Origin: an uncultured Verrucomicrobiae bacterium
GTDB lineage: Bacteria > Verrucomicrobiota > Verrucomicrobiia > Chthoniobacterales > JAFAMB01
DNA: 64,000 nucleotides
Reading direction: 5' to 3'
Assembly (NCBI GenBank): GCA_963837955.1
Contig: CAWIPH010000002.1
Location: forward strand, 4,160,001-4,224,000
Numbering within the stretch: the stretch's first letter is position 1; every line of letters begins with the position of its first letter. Position numbers and translations under genes: made by a program. The notes below the pieces were generated by a model. That model was not told the origin of the DNA. It saw only the letters and a list, made by a program, of their open reading frames with translations, and did no database searches. Shown piece by piece: positions 46,609 through 57,107 of this stretch.

Positions 46609-47478
46609 CTAGTGGAATATACCGATCGAAAATGCTGGGGTCAGAAGGAGCAGATCTGCCAAGAAACTCAGCAACATGGGTCTGGCCCGGCATTGGATCG
46701 CTGCCATGATAACGAGGTGAATAAAGGCCAGGGTCAGAGGCAACGTACGCGGTAGATCACCCGGCAACCCCAGAAATCCGCTCAGGGAAACCATACCGAC
46801 ACCCAAACCCGCGAGAAGCAGGATCGTCATCCGTCCTCCAATTCGGGCCGGAATCGTGGGAGTGCCATGCAGGCGGTCTCCAGCCAAATCGCGAAGATCG
46901 AATACCAGGCTATTGATGCCAAGCACCAAAAAACACCAGGCGAATATGATCGCATCGAACCACGAGAATCTCTCGCCCGCTTCCAGAATCGGCCAGATAA
47001 CCAGAATGGTCGCAATAAATGCGGGGACAAAGAAGCATTTGATTCCCGGAAGATCTTTCAGCCGAATTTTAGCGCCAGGGAACGGGCGCGAATAAAACTG
47101 GAAGGCTAATGCCGCCGCTGCCAACCCAGGAAGAAGAAGAGATTGATGGGTGATGAGCGGCCAAACGATCAGAATGACCGATCCTAAGACTATTAGTACG
47201 AGTCTTTTCAGGCGAAGCCTATCGCGGTAACGGAATCGCAATGGAGTGTTTATGGAATCCGCCGGATCCGAATAGAGCCGGTCTGAGTTATAGACAACCA
47301 GATATCCGGCAAACCAGAGTGGAGCGGAAAGCTGCCAAGGCGCACCAGAGCATTGGCAAGCGGCCCAACCCAACGCAGAAACTGACAGCGCTCCAAAGAT
47401 TTCCAACAGATAAACTTCCCTGAAGAAAGTTAGTAAGAACCGAAGCTGGAGCCGGAATCTGTCCAACGAAAAGCCCAA
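46609..47478 (-). CDS. UbiA-like prenyltransferase
   Basis: Polytopic; YNSDRLYSD..D and FDLRDLAGDRLHG.PT aspartate motifs; RLKDLPGIK. Confidence 0.8.
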   Translation of the reverse strand: MGFSLDRFRLQLRFLLTFFREVYLLEIFGALSVSALGWAACQCSGAPWQLSAPLWFAGYLVVYNSDRLYSDPADSINTPLRFRYRDRLRLKRLVLIVLGSVILIVWPLITHQSLLLPGLAAAALAFQFYSRPFPGAKIRLKDLPGIKCFFVPAFIATILVIWPILEAGERFSWFDAIIFAWCFLVLGINSLVFDLRDLAGDRLHGTPTIPARIGGRMTILLLAGLGVGMVSLSGFLGLPGDLPRTLPLTLAFIHLVIMAAIQCRARPMLLSFLADLLLLTPAFSIGIFH

Positions 47479-47660
47479 TCTAGTCCACCTGACTTTAAGT
47501 CAGATTGTTTCCTTGACGACCTGTCTCCGTCTACCTAGATACAGGCTGGCTGTCGTAAAAGTGGCTCGCTGACATTTTGGAACATTGACGGAGCGCCGAA
47601 AATTGCTCGTCCAGCCAGGGACTGAAGTAAAAATTAGTAAGAAAAAAAGGCAGAGTTTGC

Positions 47661-48695
47661 ATGTTTAACGGCATTTTTGGCTTATTCTCGAACGATATTG
47701 GCATTGATCTTGGGACGGCAAATACACTCGTGTATGTAAAGGATCAGGGCATCGTCTTGCGGGAACCATCAGTGGTCGCGGTCCGATCCGGCAGTAGCCA
47801 CGTCTTAGCAGTTGGCGATGAAGCTAAACGGATGCTCGGTCGCACCCCCGGGAACATTGTTGCGGTACGTCCTTTGAAGGATGGAGTCATCGCCGATTTT
47901 GAAATGACGGAAGCAATGCTCCGACATTTCATCACCAAAGTCCACAGCAGCAAATGGGTTCGGCCCCGGGTCGTTATAGCTGTGCCTTCTGGAATTACTG
48001 AAGTCGAAAAACGTGCCGTGAAAGAATCGGCCGCCCACGCCGGCGCTCGTGAGGTCTACCTTATCGAAGAACCGATGGCAGCGGCGATCGGCGTCGGTCT
48101 GCCAGTCCAGGATGCGGCCGGCAACATGATTATAGATATCGGCGGAGGAACTACGGAGGTGGCTTTAATCTCACTTTCCGGCATTGTGTTTAGTCGGAGC
48201 GTGCGCGTTGCCGGCGATGAACTCGATGAAGCGGTCGCGGGATACATGAAGCGCGCTTACAATCTTATGATTGGCGAACGCACAGCGGAAGAAATCAAGA
48301 TCAAGATCGGCAGCGCCTATCCGATGGAAAAAGAAACAAGCATGGAAGTCAAAGGACGCGATTTGGTCGCCGGTTTACCGAAGACTTTAACTATTACTTC
48401 CCAAGAAGTTCGCGAAGCTTTGCTTGAACCGATCTCTACCATAGTGGAATCGGTTCGCGTCACCTTGGAGCGTTGTCCGCCGGAGCTTTCTGCCGATCTC
48501 GTGGATCGCGGGCTGGTTCTGGCTGGCGGTGGCGCTCTGTTACGGGGTCTGGACAAGCTTTTGCAGGAGGAGACTGGGCTTCCGGTGCATGTTGCCGAGG
48601 ATCCGCTCAGCGCGGTAGCAGAAGGCACGGGGCGCGCGCTGACCGAAATTAAATTCCTTCGACAGGTCGCCTCTTCCGACAGACCAATCCGTTAG
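47661..48695 (+). CDS. mreB: Rod shape-determining actin
   Basis: [34 protein letters not shown]. Confidence 0.98.
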   Translation: MFNGIFGLFSNDIGIDLGTANTLVYVKDQGIVLREPSVVAVRSGSSHVLAVGDEAKRMLGRTPGNIVAVRPLKDGVIADFEMTEAMLRHFITKVHSSKWVRPRVVIAVPSGITEVEKRAVKESAAHAGAREVYLIEEPMAAAIGVGLPVQDAAGNMIIDIGGGTTEVALISLSGIVFSRSVRVAGDELDEAVAGYMKRAYNLMIGERTAEEIKIKIGSAYPMEKETSMEVKGRDLVAGLPKTLTITSQEVREALLEPISTIVESVRVTLERCPPELSADLVDRGLVLAGGGALLRGLDKLLQEETGLPVHVAEDPLSAVAEGTGRALTEIKFLRQVASSDRPIR

Positions 48696-48710
48696 CAGAT
48701 CTCCGCTCTC

Positions 48711-49514
48711 ATGAGGGGCTCATCGATCGCGGCGCTGGCAGTTTTCGTCGTTTTGGTTGTCGCTCTCATCTTCCTTCCGGCGGGCTGCAAGCAACAAATA
48801 CAGGCTACTCTTCTCCAATTTGTCTCACCGATTTTGAAGACCAGCTCCTCGGTGCAACAGGGGTTAGGTGGAATGAGTGGTGGATTGAAAAAACTCGACG
48901 AGTTGGAGAAAGAAAATCGTCAACTCCAACAGGAAAATGAGCAGCTTCGCACGACAAACAATCTGCTCAAAAGCCTGGAAACTGAGGTTAACCGCCTTAA
49001 CAAAGCGCTCGGCTTTCGCGAACGCTCGCCCTTCCGCTTGATCCCAGCGCGCGTGATCGCCCGTGATAACGCCACCTGGTGGATCACTTGTTCGATTGAT
49101 CGAGGTAGCGAGGACGGCCTGGCAACCGATATGGCAGTCGTCACCGAATCGGGTCTTGTTGGAAAGGTGACAACCGTCGCCAAAAATATCTCTACGGTCG
49201 TTCTGATTTCTGACGAGAGCCTACGGGTCTCGGTCTCTATTGAAGGAACGAACGAGCAAGGCATCATAAGTGGTACTCGCGCCTCCTCAAATTTTGCCCC
49301 AGACCTCCGCATCCGTTTTCTGACTAAAACAGCGGAAATCAAACCAGGAATGAGAGTCACGACCTCCGGTACCGGCGGAGTGTTTCCCTCCGGCGTACTC
49401 GTTGGCACGGTTAAACAGTTCACAATTAAGGAGTTGGAAGGGGTCGCAACTGTGCAACCGGCGGTCGATTTAACCAAAGTTCAAGATGTTTTCGTAATTA
49501 GCGGCATCAAATGA
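48711..49514 (+). CDS. mreC: Rod shape-determining protein
   Basis: TM, coiled coil, IDRGSEDG, GLVGKV, TSGTGGVFPSG. Confidence 0.94.
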   Translation: MRGSSIAALAVFVVLVVALIFLPAGCKQQIQATLLQFVSPILKTSSSVQQGLGGMSGGLKKLDELEKENRQLQQENEQLRTTNNLLKSLETEVNRLNKALGFRERSPFRLIPARVIARDNATWWITCSIDRGSEDGLATDMAVVTESGLVGKVTTVAKNISTVVLISDESLRVSVSIEGTNEQGIISGTRASSNFAPDLRIRFLTKTAEIKPGMRVTTSGTGGVFPSGVLVGTVKQFTIKELEGVATVQPAVDLTKVQDVFVISGIK

Positions 49515-50059
49515 TACGCTTGTTTCTCATTCTGGTAGTGTTGATTTTCCTCTCCTTTATATTGCAGTTATTTGTTCCCCCGATGATCTTCCTGAAGGGA
49601 GCAGCTATTCTTTTCGCTCCTGCGTTGCTTTTCTACAGTAGCCTGGCCTTCCCTTTTCCTCTGGTCCTCGTTCTGGTCTTCTTGACTGGACTTTGGAACG
49701 ATTTGCTTAATGTCCCGCAGAGTGCTGGTCATTCGGACTACGTTGTGGGTACCTCAATCGTCATCTACTTGATTCCCGCGCTGATCATGCATGGCTTTCG
49801 GCCGCTGTTTGTCAGAAAAGGCTGGGGCATTCACTTGATGCTGGCGGAACTCGCGGCGCTCCTGACCCCGTTCTGTTTGTTTGCGCAATATGCTATCCTG
49901 AGTTTCGAACGGGGTGATTTTTTCTTTAGTGATGTCATAATATGGCGCATTCTAGGTCCTGGTTTGATTGCTATGGTGACGACGCCTTTTGTTTTCCTTT
50001 TTCTCTCCTCTTTATCTAACCTGCTGGGATATCGACCACGCACGGAGGTCATGGGTTAG
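49511..50059 (+). CDS. mreD: MreD-like membrane protein
   Basis: About 5 TM, GLWNDL, position between mreC and mrdA. Confidence 0.75.
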   Translation: MIRLFLILVVLIFLSFILQLFVPPMIFLKGAAILFAPALLFYSSLAFPFPLVLVLVFLTGLWNDLLNVPQSAGHSDYVVGTSIVIYLIPALIMHGFRPLFVRKGWGIHLMLAELAALLTPFCLFAQYAILSFERGDFFFSDVIIWRILGPGLIAMVTTPFVFLFLSSLSNLLGYRPRTEVMG

Positions 50060-50067
50060 CCGACGTT

Positions 50068-52320
50068 ATGGCACGTTCCAGATCCTCTTCATTGCTTGAT
50101 TTTCGCATTCTCTTTCTAGCTGGCTTGTTCCTGGTTGCATTGACCGCCATCGGAATCCGCCTCTGGTGGGTGCAGGTAAAACTATACGGGACCTACAAAG
50201 CGCGAATCCAAGGCTCCTCCGAAGTAACGGTTCGCATCCCTTCAATTCGTGGCGAGATTCGGGATCGAAACGGAGTCGCATTGGTTTCAAACCGTCCGAG
50301 CTACGAGGTTGATTTTTATCTCCCCGATCTGGTAACTGGCTATAAGAAACAATATGGCCAGCCGCCGACGTTAGATTACCGCGCACGCGATTCCGAAGGG
50401 ATGTTGCACGACCGAAAAGTGGAAGACATCGTGCAAATTGTCGATAAAACCATCATCCCGCGTCTGGAAGAACTCAAGGTTGCAGAACCCTACAACTCTG
50501 AACGCTTACGAACCCACTATCGAAATAATACGCTCGTTCCTTTCACCTACCGAGAAGATCTCGACTTTGCTACTTTCTCCAAGTTCGCGGAGAAGGATCT
50601 GGGGTTACCCGGCGTCCAAGTTAACGTTCGGCCGGTACGCAGATACGTGTACAACGCGATGGCGGCTCAGATTTTGGGTTATGTGGGCGCGCCAAAAGAT
50701 ATCAACAAGCTACCGGACATCAGAGATTTTAATTTCTACGAACCGGATGTTCAGGGCCGGACCAACATCGAGTACTATCTAGACGATGAATTGCGGGGTA
50801 AACCGGGTAAGCGCATTCTCAAAAAGAACGCGAAGAACAAGATAGAAGGCGAGAAGGAGGTCGTACAACCGACTCCCGGAGCTAACGTTTATCTCACGAT
50901 CGACTCGCGGATTCAGTACATCGTCGAGACGACACTTCGTTCTGTCGGTCGCGCCGCGTGTGTAGTGGTGGATCCCAACAATGGGGAAATTCTGGCCATG
51001 GCATCGGTACCGTCTTACGATCCCAACAAATTCATCCCCTCAATCTCGGCCCGAGATTGGGCCGCCATTAAGGACGCGGAAGCCGATCCGCTAACCAATC
51101 GGGCAATCAGCGCATACGCTCCGGGATCAACCTATAAACTCGCGACCTCCCTAGCAGGTTTGACCCGAGGTTTAGCCAAAGCCCAGTTCACTTGTAGCGG
51201 CGGCGTGACCTACGGAAACACCTACATGAAATGCTGGATCGCCGCCAAAGGGGGCTCTCACGGAACTCAAACTTTGACGGAGGCGATCAAGAATTCCTGC
51301 AATGCATATTTTTATCAATACGGAAACGCTGCAGGTATCGACGCAATCGATAAGGTGGGAAACACGCTCGGACTAGGCCAGCCGTCTGGAATTGAACTAA
51401 GCGGCGAAGATCCCGGCTTGTTGCCCTCTCCCGAGTGGCTCCGGATCAATAAGAACGAAAAATGGAGCCAAGGGCAGACGGCCAACACTTCAATCGGTCA
51501 AGGATACGTACTCGCTAGCCCGCTCCAGATGGCTATGGTCGCTGCGACGGTGGCCAACGGTGGCACCGTATATAAACCGAATATCATTTACCAGATCCAG
51601 GAACCGGACGGCACGATGCTCCGGCGGCCCGAGAAAATCCGAGGTGATCTCCGGAAAGATAATAATCTGACTAAGGAGGAAATTGAATTAGTTCGCCGTG
51701 GGATGTGGCGAGTCGTGAATGACTCCGGTGGGACCGGTGCTAAGGCCAAGATTCCGGGCGTTGTCGTCGCCGGGAAGACTGGCACTGCCCAATTTTGGCG
51801 TAACGGCGCAAAAGACAACCACACCTGGTTTCTCGCATTTGCACCTTACGACAATCCAAAAATCGCTCTAGCTGTCTTGGTACAGGGAGCGCAAGCCGGC
51901 GGTCAAGTACCTGCTCCAATTGCGGCGAAGATGATGGAACAGATACTTGCGCTGGACAAAGGCTTTGATCCTGGAACGAAGGCGCTCGATCCCGCGGTCG
52001 GGAATTTTAAATTCGTCGAAAGCATAGATTTCAAGGAGAGCGGAGTACCCGCCCAGTTTGCGCCGAACGACGAAGAAACGGCGGATACACACCCGGTCGC
52101 AGAAGAAACAGCCAAGAATTCTTCCAAGAACAAAGGCTCTGAACCAGATATCCGCCCAGAGGCAGATAACCACAATTCAAGCACTAATAAAACGGCTCAG
52201 CAGCAGGAAAAGCATAAGAGCTTCTTCGATTTTTTCCGCAAGAAACCGAAAGAGGACAACTCGGGCCAACAACAGCAACAGCAGCAACCCGAAAAGAAAA
52301 AGCATTTCCTCTTTTTCTGA
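50068..52320 (+). CDS. mrdA: Penicillin-binding protein 2
   Basis: RGEIRDRNG; SxxK (PGSTYK), SCN, KTGTAQ; extended C-terminal tail. Confidence 0.95.
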   Translation: MARSRSSSLLDFRILFLAGLFLVALTAIGIRLWWVQVKLYGTYKARIQGSSEVTVRIPSIRGEIRDRNGVALVSNRPSYEVDFYLPDLVTGYKKQYGQPPTLDYRARDSEGMLHDRKVEDIVQIVDKTIIPRLEELKVAEPYNSERLRTHYRNNTLVPFTYREDLDFATFSKFAEKDLGLPGVQVNVRPVRRYVYNAMAAQILGYVGAPKDINKLPDIRDFNFYEPDVQGRTNIEYYLDDELRGKPGKRILKKNAKNKIEGEKEVVQPTPGANVYLTIDSRIQYIVETTLRSVGRAACVVVDPNNGEILAMASVPSYDPNKFIPSISARDWAAIKDAEADPLTNRAISAYAPGSTYKLATSLAGLTRGLAKAQFTCSGGVTYGNTYMKCWIAAKGGSHGTQTLTEAIKNSCNAYFYQYGNAAGIDAIDKVGNTLGLGQPSGIELSGEDPGLLPSPEWLRINKNEKWSQGQTANTSIGQGYVLASPLQMAMVAATVANGGTVYKPNIIYQIQEPDGTMLRRPEKIRGDLRKDNNLTKEEIELVRRGMWRVVNDSGGTGAKAKIPGVVVAGKTGTAQFWRNGAKDNHTWFLAFAPYDNPKIALAVLVQGAQAGGQVPAPIAAKMMEQILALDKGFDPGTKALDPAVGNFKFVESIDFKESGVPAQFAPNDEETADTHPVAEETAKNSSKNKGSEPDIRPEADNHNSSTNKTAQQQEKHKSFFDFFRKKPKEDNSGQQQQQQQPEKKKHFLFF

Positions 52321-52359
52321 TTTAGCGGCGAGCCGCAAAACCTCTTTTGACTCGGAAAA

Positions 52360-53925
52360 ATGTTAGAAAAAGTGAAGCAATTTCTCGGAATCAATCCGAA
52401 GAAAGTTGGCAATCAAATTGTAATCAGTTGCGAAAAATTGGAACGCAGAGTCGCGCTCTTGGAAGACGGCGTTCTGGAAGAATACAACATTGAGCGCGAT
52501 ACCGATCGCAACATCGTCGGCAGCATCTTTAAAGGCAAAGTAAAGAACATCGAACAAGGTCTGAAAGCGATGTTCGTGGATATCGGCTTCGAGAAGAACG
52601 CCTTTCTCCATTTTTGGGACGCCTTGCCCGGATTGGATAGTAGTGTCGAGGAGGTCAGCCGAGCCGGACGCAAGCACCGCAAAAAGATTACGGCCAAAGA
52701 CGTCCCGGAAATCTATCCCGTAGGCTCGGAGGTGATGGTCCAGGTCACCAAGGGGCCAATCAGTAATAAGGGGCCCCGCATTACCACGAATATCAGCTTG
52801 GCCGGCCGATATTTAGTCCTGATGCCGCATAATGACCAAAGCGGTATTTCTCGTAAGATTGAGGATCCTAAAGAGCGCGAACGTCTCCGTTTGATTCTCC
52901 AAAAATTGGAAATCCCGGAGGGAATGGGCGTGATCATCCGGACAATCGGTGAAGGACAGCGTTTGCGCTATTTTGTGCGGGACCTTGGGTTACTGGTCGA
53001 ACAGTGGCGTCAAATTGAGGCCGCGTTTAAATCTCGGCCGGCACCAGCCGTTTTGTTCCAAGAGCCGGACTTAACCGATCGGACCGTACGGGATTTTCTC
53101 ACTGAGGAGATCGATGTCGTGTATTGCGACGACGAAGTGGCCGTAACAAGCATGCAAGAACAAGTTGGCCAAATATCGAAGCGCTCAAAACGCCGAATTG
53201 TTCTCTACAACGAATCGACCCCGATTTTCGAACGTTTTGGCATCCAGAAACAAATCGATGACGCTTTCCATCGTCAGGTCTGGCTGAAATGTGGCGGCTA
53301 TATCGTGATTGATGAAACTGAGGCGCTAATTGCGATTGACGTAAACACCGGCCGCAACAAGGGAGGAAGAGATGTTGAGAAGACGATCCTGCAGACCAAT
53401 CTTGAGGCCGCGGATGAAATCGCGAGACAGCTGCGACTCCGCAACATCGGTGGTCTGATTATCAGCGACTTTATCGACATGAAGAATCGGAAAGATCAGC
53501 AACTGGTCTACAACCGCATGAAGGACCGGCTGAAGCGAGATAAAGCGAAAACTCACGTTCTTCCCATTTCGCCGCTGGGTCTGATGGAGATGACGCGACA
53601 ACGCGCACAAGAAAGTCTCGCCGGATCTCTTTTCGTTGTCTGCCCTTATTGCAACGGAAGAGCGGTGGTAAAGAGCCCAATGACCATGAGCGTGGAAATC
53701 CAACGAACTCTGCACACCGTGTTACGGAAACACCCGGAGATTCACGACGTTCGGGTAATAGTGAACCCTGAAATACTAAATCGTTTGAAGACAGAAGACG
53801 AAGAGTTGCTTGTGGAAATTGAGCGGAAATACGCTGGGCGGCTAACCTTCCGAACTGATCCGACCTACCATCACGAAAAGTTTCTCATCCTGGACGGGCA
53901 GACGAACCAGGAGCTGAAAGTCTGA
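52360..53925 (+). CDS. rng: Rne/Rng family ribonuclease
   Basis: S1 domain, KGPRITT, AIDVNTG, RQLRLRNIGG, CPYCNG. Confidence 0.93.
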   Translation: MLEKVKQFLGINPKKVGNQIVISCEKLERRVALLEDGVLEEYNIERDTDRNIVGSIFKGKVKNIEQGLKAMFVDIGFEKNAFLHFWDALPGLDSSVEEVSRAGRKHRKKITAKDVPEIYPVGSEVMVQVTKGPISNKGPRITTNISLAGRYLVLMPHNDQSGISRKIEDPKERERLRLILQKLEIPEGMGVIIRTIGEGQRLRYFVRDLGLLVEQWRQIEAAFKSRPAPAVLFQEPDLTDRTVRDFLTEEIDVVYCDDEVAVTSMQEQVGQISKRSKRRIVLYNESTPIFERFGIQKQIDDAFHRQVWLKCGGYIVIDETEALIAIDVNTGRNKGGRDVEKTILQTNLEAADEIARQLRLRNIGGLIISDFIDMKNRKDQQLVYNRMKDRLKRDKAKTHVLPISPLGLMEMTRQRAQESLAGSLFVVCPYCNGRAVVKSPMTMSVEIQRTLHTVLRKHPEIHDVRVIVNPEILNRLKTEDEELLVEIERKYAGRLTFRTDPTYHHEKFLILDGQTNQELKV

Positions 53926-53979
53926 GTCGGGGCTCATGGGACTCATAGGACGCGCGGAACTCCGCGAGCGCTACCCGAC

Positions 53980-55173
53980 TCAATCGTCGCCGGTCCGCAG
54001 CAGATACGCGGCAGCACCACAGGTCAGTAAGGCTCCCGCCGCCAGTACCAGTAAATCGGGCACGATGTACCGGAATGGCGCGCTATACATGTTCACTTGC
54101 CGAAACGCGTGACAAAAATGGGTTAGGGGGAAAAGTTCGCTAAACCATTGTACCGGCTCTGGTAGCTGATCTAACGGTGCAAACGCTCCTGAGAGAATAA
54201 ATACCGGCAACAGGACAAACACGGAAAACTGGATGGCTTGTGTCTGCGTTTTAGAAAACGCCGATATCAGCAGACCCAAGCCGAGCGAGCAAATGAGAAA
54301 TAGTACGCAGATCAAAGCTAACAAGTGGATTCTCTGAAAATGCACGCCGAAATGCAGATGACTCAGGAAAATCGTAGAAGCGATGAGTACAAGAGAAATG
54401 AGCAGATAGGGTATCACCTTTCCGATCACCACCTCGCTTTGCCGAAGCGGCGTCACCAAGAGTTGAGATAGGGTGCCTACTTCTCGCTCCCGCGTGATGG
54501 TACTTGCGATGAGGGTAACGGTCAGCAGCTGCAAGATCAATCCGACGATGCCAGGAACGATGAAGTCGATGAACTTCAACCCAGGATTGTATAGAATCTG
54601 CCTTTCCACAATCCATGGCGTCATCGCCGAGCCGAACTCATTCCGCACGCTGGGCGGTAAAGTGCGGCCCATTTCAAACACCTGATCCGGCAAGTTATCG
54701 ATCATGCTCTCTCGCATCTTCATCTGAAATTCCCCCAAGATACCCTGGAGAACTCCTTCGATCTGCGGAGCCGTATTAGTGTCAGTACCATCCAACACCA
54801 CGTGGACTGGTTTGGGATCCCCGTTGTGCAAGCCTTGACCCCAACCCGAGGGAACAATAACCGCCGCAGAGGCATGGTTCTTCAAAAGATCGACTTTGCC
54901 GGTTTTCGTCTCCTTCCAATCTTTCCAGGCGAAACTCTTGTTTGATTTCAGAAGCTCGATCAGTTTTGCGCTTTCCGTACTCCGGTCCGCATCATAGAGG
55001 AGAGCCGGAACATCCTGTAGGTTCTGTTGTTCCTCGAATGCATGTCCAAACACGAGGGTAAAAAATGGCGGCAAGATGATAATGGAAAGGAGGACTCGCC
55101 GGTCGCGCCAGACATGAATAAATTCTTTGTAAGCGATCGTTCCGATCGATCGCCAGAAACGCAGACCTATCAT
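53980..55173 (-). CDS. ABC-2 type permease (YbhR/S-like)
   Basis: KEFIHVWRDRR, LYNP, ITREREVGTL.QLLVTP, LSGAF.P. Confidence 0.9.
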   Translation of the reverse strand: MIGLRFWRSIGTIAYKEFIHVWRDRRVLLSIIILPPFFTLVFGHAFEEQQNLQDVPALLYDADRSTESAKLIELLKSNKSFAWKDWKETKTGKVDLLKNHASAAVIVPSGWGQGLHNGDPKPVHVVLDGTDTNTAPQIEGVLQGILGEFQMKMRESMIDNLPDQVFEMGRTLPPSVRNEFGSAMTPWIVERQILYNPGLKFIDFIVPGIVGLILQLLTVTLIASTITREREVGTLSQLLVTPLRQSEVVIGKVIPYLLISLVLIASTIFLSHLHFGVHFQRIHLLALICVLFLICSLGLGLLISAFSKTQTQAIQFSVFVLLPVFILSGAFAPLDQLPEPVQWFSELFPLTHFCHAFRQVNMYSAPFRYIVPDLLVLAAGALLTCGAAAYLLRTGDD

Positions 55174-56138
55174 GACGCACCCACGGTAAGCTTTCGCGAT
55201 CCGGTCATTTCATCGAGATGGCCAAGCGAGTAAGCCATGAACACATCCTCCATGTCCGGCGGTACAGTCTCATGGCCCAGCCATTTCAGATTCGGATAAG
55301 GCCAGCTTTTGAACAATTCCGCAACAAACGCCTCCGGGTCATCAGTCAAAATGCGCAATCGGCCGCTGCGCAGCTCCACCGTGAGCACCTCGGATCTCCT
55401 TCTAAAGATCGGCAGCGCCTCCATCACTGGTTCAACGTGCAACTCAACGAGTTTGCCTTCCAGCCTCTGTTTTAGCCGAGAGGGCGCATCCTTAGCCATG
55501 AGCCTACCCTCCTGAATAAAGCCGACATCAGTACAACGCTCAGCCTCATCCATGTAATGGGTGGTAACGAAAATCGTCCTTCCCCGCTGGCTCAGCTCGT
55601 AAAGCAGATCCCAAATCGACTGCCGATGAACCGGATCAAGTCCTGCCGTCGGCTCGTCCAGAAAGAGAAGGGTCGGATCGTGAACTAACGCGCAGGCGAT
55701 TGAAAGTAGTTGTTTGAATCCGCCGGATAGCCTTCCGGCGCGCGCATTCCGGCGGTCAGCCAACTCAAAATTGCTAAGAACGGCTTCGATCCGCGGATCT
55801 AATTCCGATCGCGGAACTTGGTATGCGCCGCCGAAGAAACGCAAATTTTCGATGACCGTAAGGTCGGTGTACAAGCTAAACCGTTGGGGCACGTAGCCGA
55901 ACCTTTCTCTAATCCGGTGGCGCTCACGCCACACGTCCAAGCCAAAAACACTCCCCCGACCAGCGCTCGGTCGGGTCAAGCCGCATAGCATTCGGATCGT
56001 CGTAGTCTTTCCGGCGCCATTGGCTCCCAAGAACCCAAAGATCTCGCCGCCATGTACCGCCATAGTCACGTTATTGACCGCGAGCGTATTGCGATACCGC
56101 TTAACGATTCCGTGTAACTCAATGACCGGTTCAGGCAT
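55170..56138 (-). CDS. ABC transporter ATP-binding protein
   Basis: GANGAGKTT, LSGG, LDEPTAGLDP, THYMDEAERC. Confidence 0.94.
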   Translation of the reverse strand: MPEPVIELHGIVKRYRNTLAVNNVTMAVHGGEIFGFLGANGAGKTTTIRMLCGLTRPSAGRGSVFGLDVWRERHRIRERFGYVPQRFSLYTDLTVIENLRFFGGAYQVPRSELDPRIEAVLSNFELADRRNARAGRLSGGFKQLLSIACALVHDPTLLFLDEPTAGLDPVHRQSIWDLLYELSQRGRTIFVTTHYMDEAERCTDVGFIQEGRLMAKDAPSRLKQRLEGKLVELHVEPVMEALPIFRRRSEVLTVELRSGRLRILTDDPEAFVAELFKSWPYPNLKWLGHETVPPDMEDVFMAYSLGHLDEMTGSRKLTVGAS

Positions 56139-56168
56139 CTAAATAGTCAGCCAACAGGACTCGCGGGA

Positions 56169-57062
56169 TCAAAATTTTGCGCTAAAACTGAGCTGCGCAA
56201 AGGGTGCTACGTCGAAGGCTGTTACTTTGTAATCAGCCCGCGAATAATCAAATTTTCTGTACGGCACACAACCACTCTCCAAATCGAGCGACACCGACCG
56301 AGCTACTTTCCAGGTAACGCCTGCACCCGCGCGGATCTCGGTAAAATCCACAATGCTGTTATTCAGCTGTCGCAGACCGCGGGCTGTGCCGAAATCGCCG
56401 GAGACACGATAAGATCCATTCTTTAAAGATGCGCCGACGTGCAGAGTCATGTTTCGATTCAACTCATAATCGATCTGCGGATCCGGTAGAATCGCATCGA
56501 TAATTACCTTGGGCGCGATCTTCCAGCGAGCGCCCGCAGCCGGGTAAACGGGGCTGTTTCGGTTGATATCGACGCTGAAACCGAATACGCAAAGAAAATC
56601 CTTACTGACAAAATAGGTCGCACCAACCAGAAAGGGAATGTTATAGTCGGCTTCCCTGAGTTGCTTGAAGTCGCTGTACAACCCGGGTTGCGCTTCCACT
56701 CGGAGCAAAAGGGTCGGCGTTAATTGGTAATCGGCGCCGACCACCAGGTTCAGGGATTGGAGCGTATCAGAGATCGGTGCTTTCGCATCTGGGGTAAACG
56801 AAAAGCGCTCCCAATTAAAGCCTAGACGAAGCAAACAACTTTGCGAAACCTGGTTCGACGCAACGATATTCGCTGAGCTATCGATTTCATAAAATCCACC
56901 GAACGATTGATGACCGCGCTTCAATTCGCTAGAACCGACGTAGGCAGTGTCAGCGTTGGCTTCAAACGACCAAGACGCGAGATCGCCAGGGCCGACCGCT
57001 CCCGCCCAGCTCGTCAGAGAGACGGCAGCGACAGCTATTAGTCCTAGGGAATGAAGGCGCAC
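56169..57062 (-). CDS. Outer-membrane beta-barrel protein (DUF6268-like)
   Basis: Signal peptide, alternating beta strands, C-terminal F (LSFSAKF). Confidence 0.75.
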   Translation of the reverse strand: MRLHSLGLIAVAAVSLTSWAGAVGPGDLASWSFEANADTAYVGSSELKRGHQSFGGFYEIDSSANIVASNQVSQSCLLRLGFNWERFSFTPDAKAPISDTLQSLNLVVGADYQLTPTLLLRVEAQPGLYSDFKQLREADYNIPFLVGATYFVSKDFLCVFGFSVDINRNSPVYPAAGARWKIAPKVIIDAILPDPQIDYELNRNMTLHVGASLKNGSYRVSGDFGTARGLRQLNNSIVDFTEIRAGAGVTWKVARSVSLDLESGCVPYRKFDYSRADYKVTAFDVAPFAQLSFSAKF

Positions 57063-57107
57063 AGAAAATTCTTCTTCTTTGCTGAGTAAAAAACTGCCGG
57101 CTGTTAT

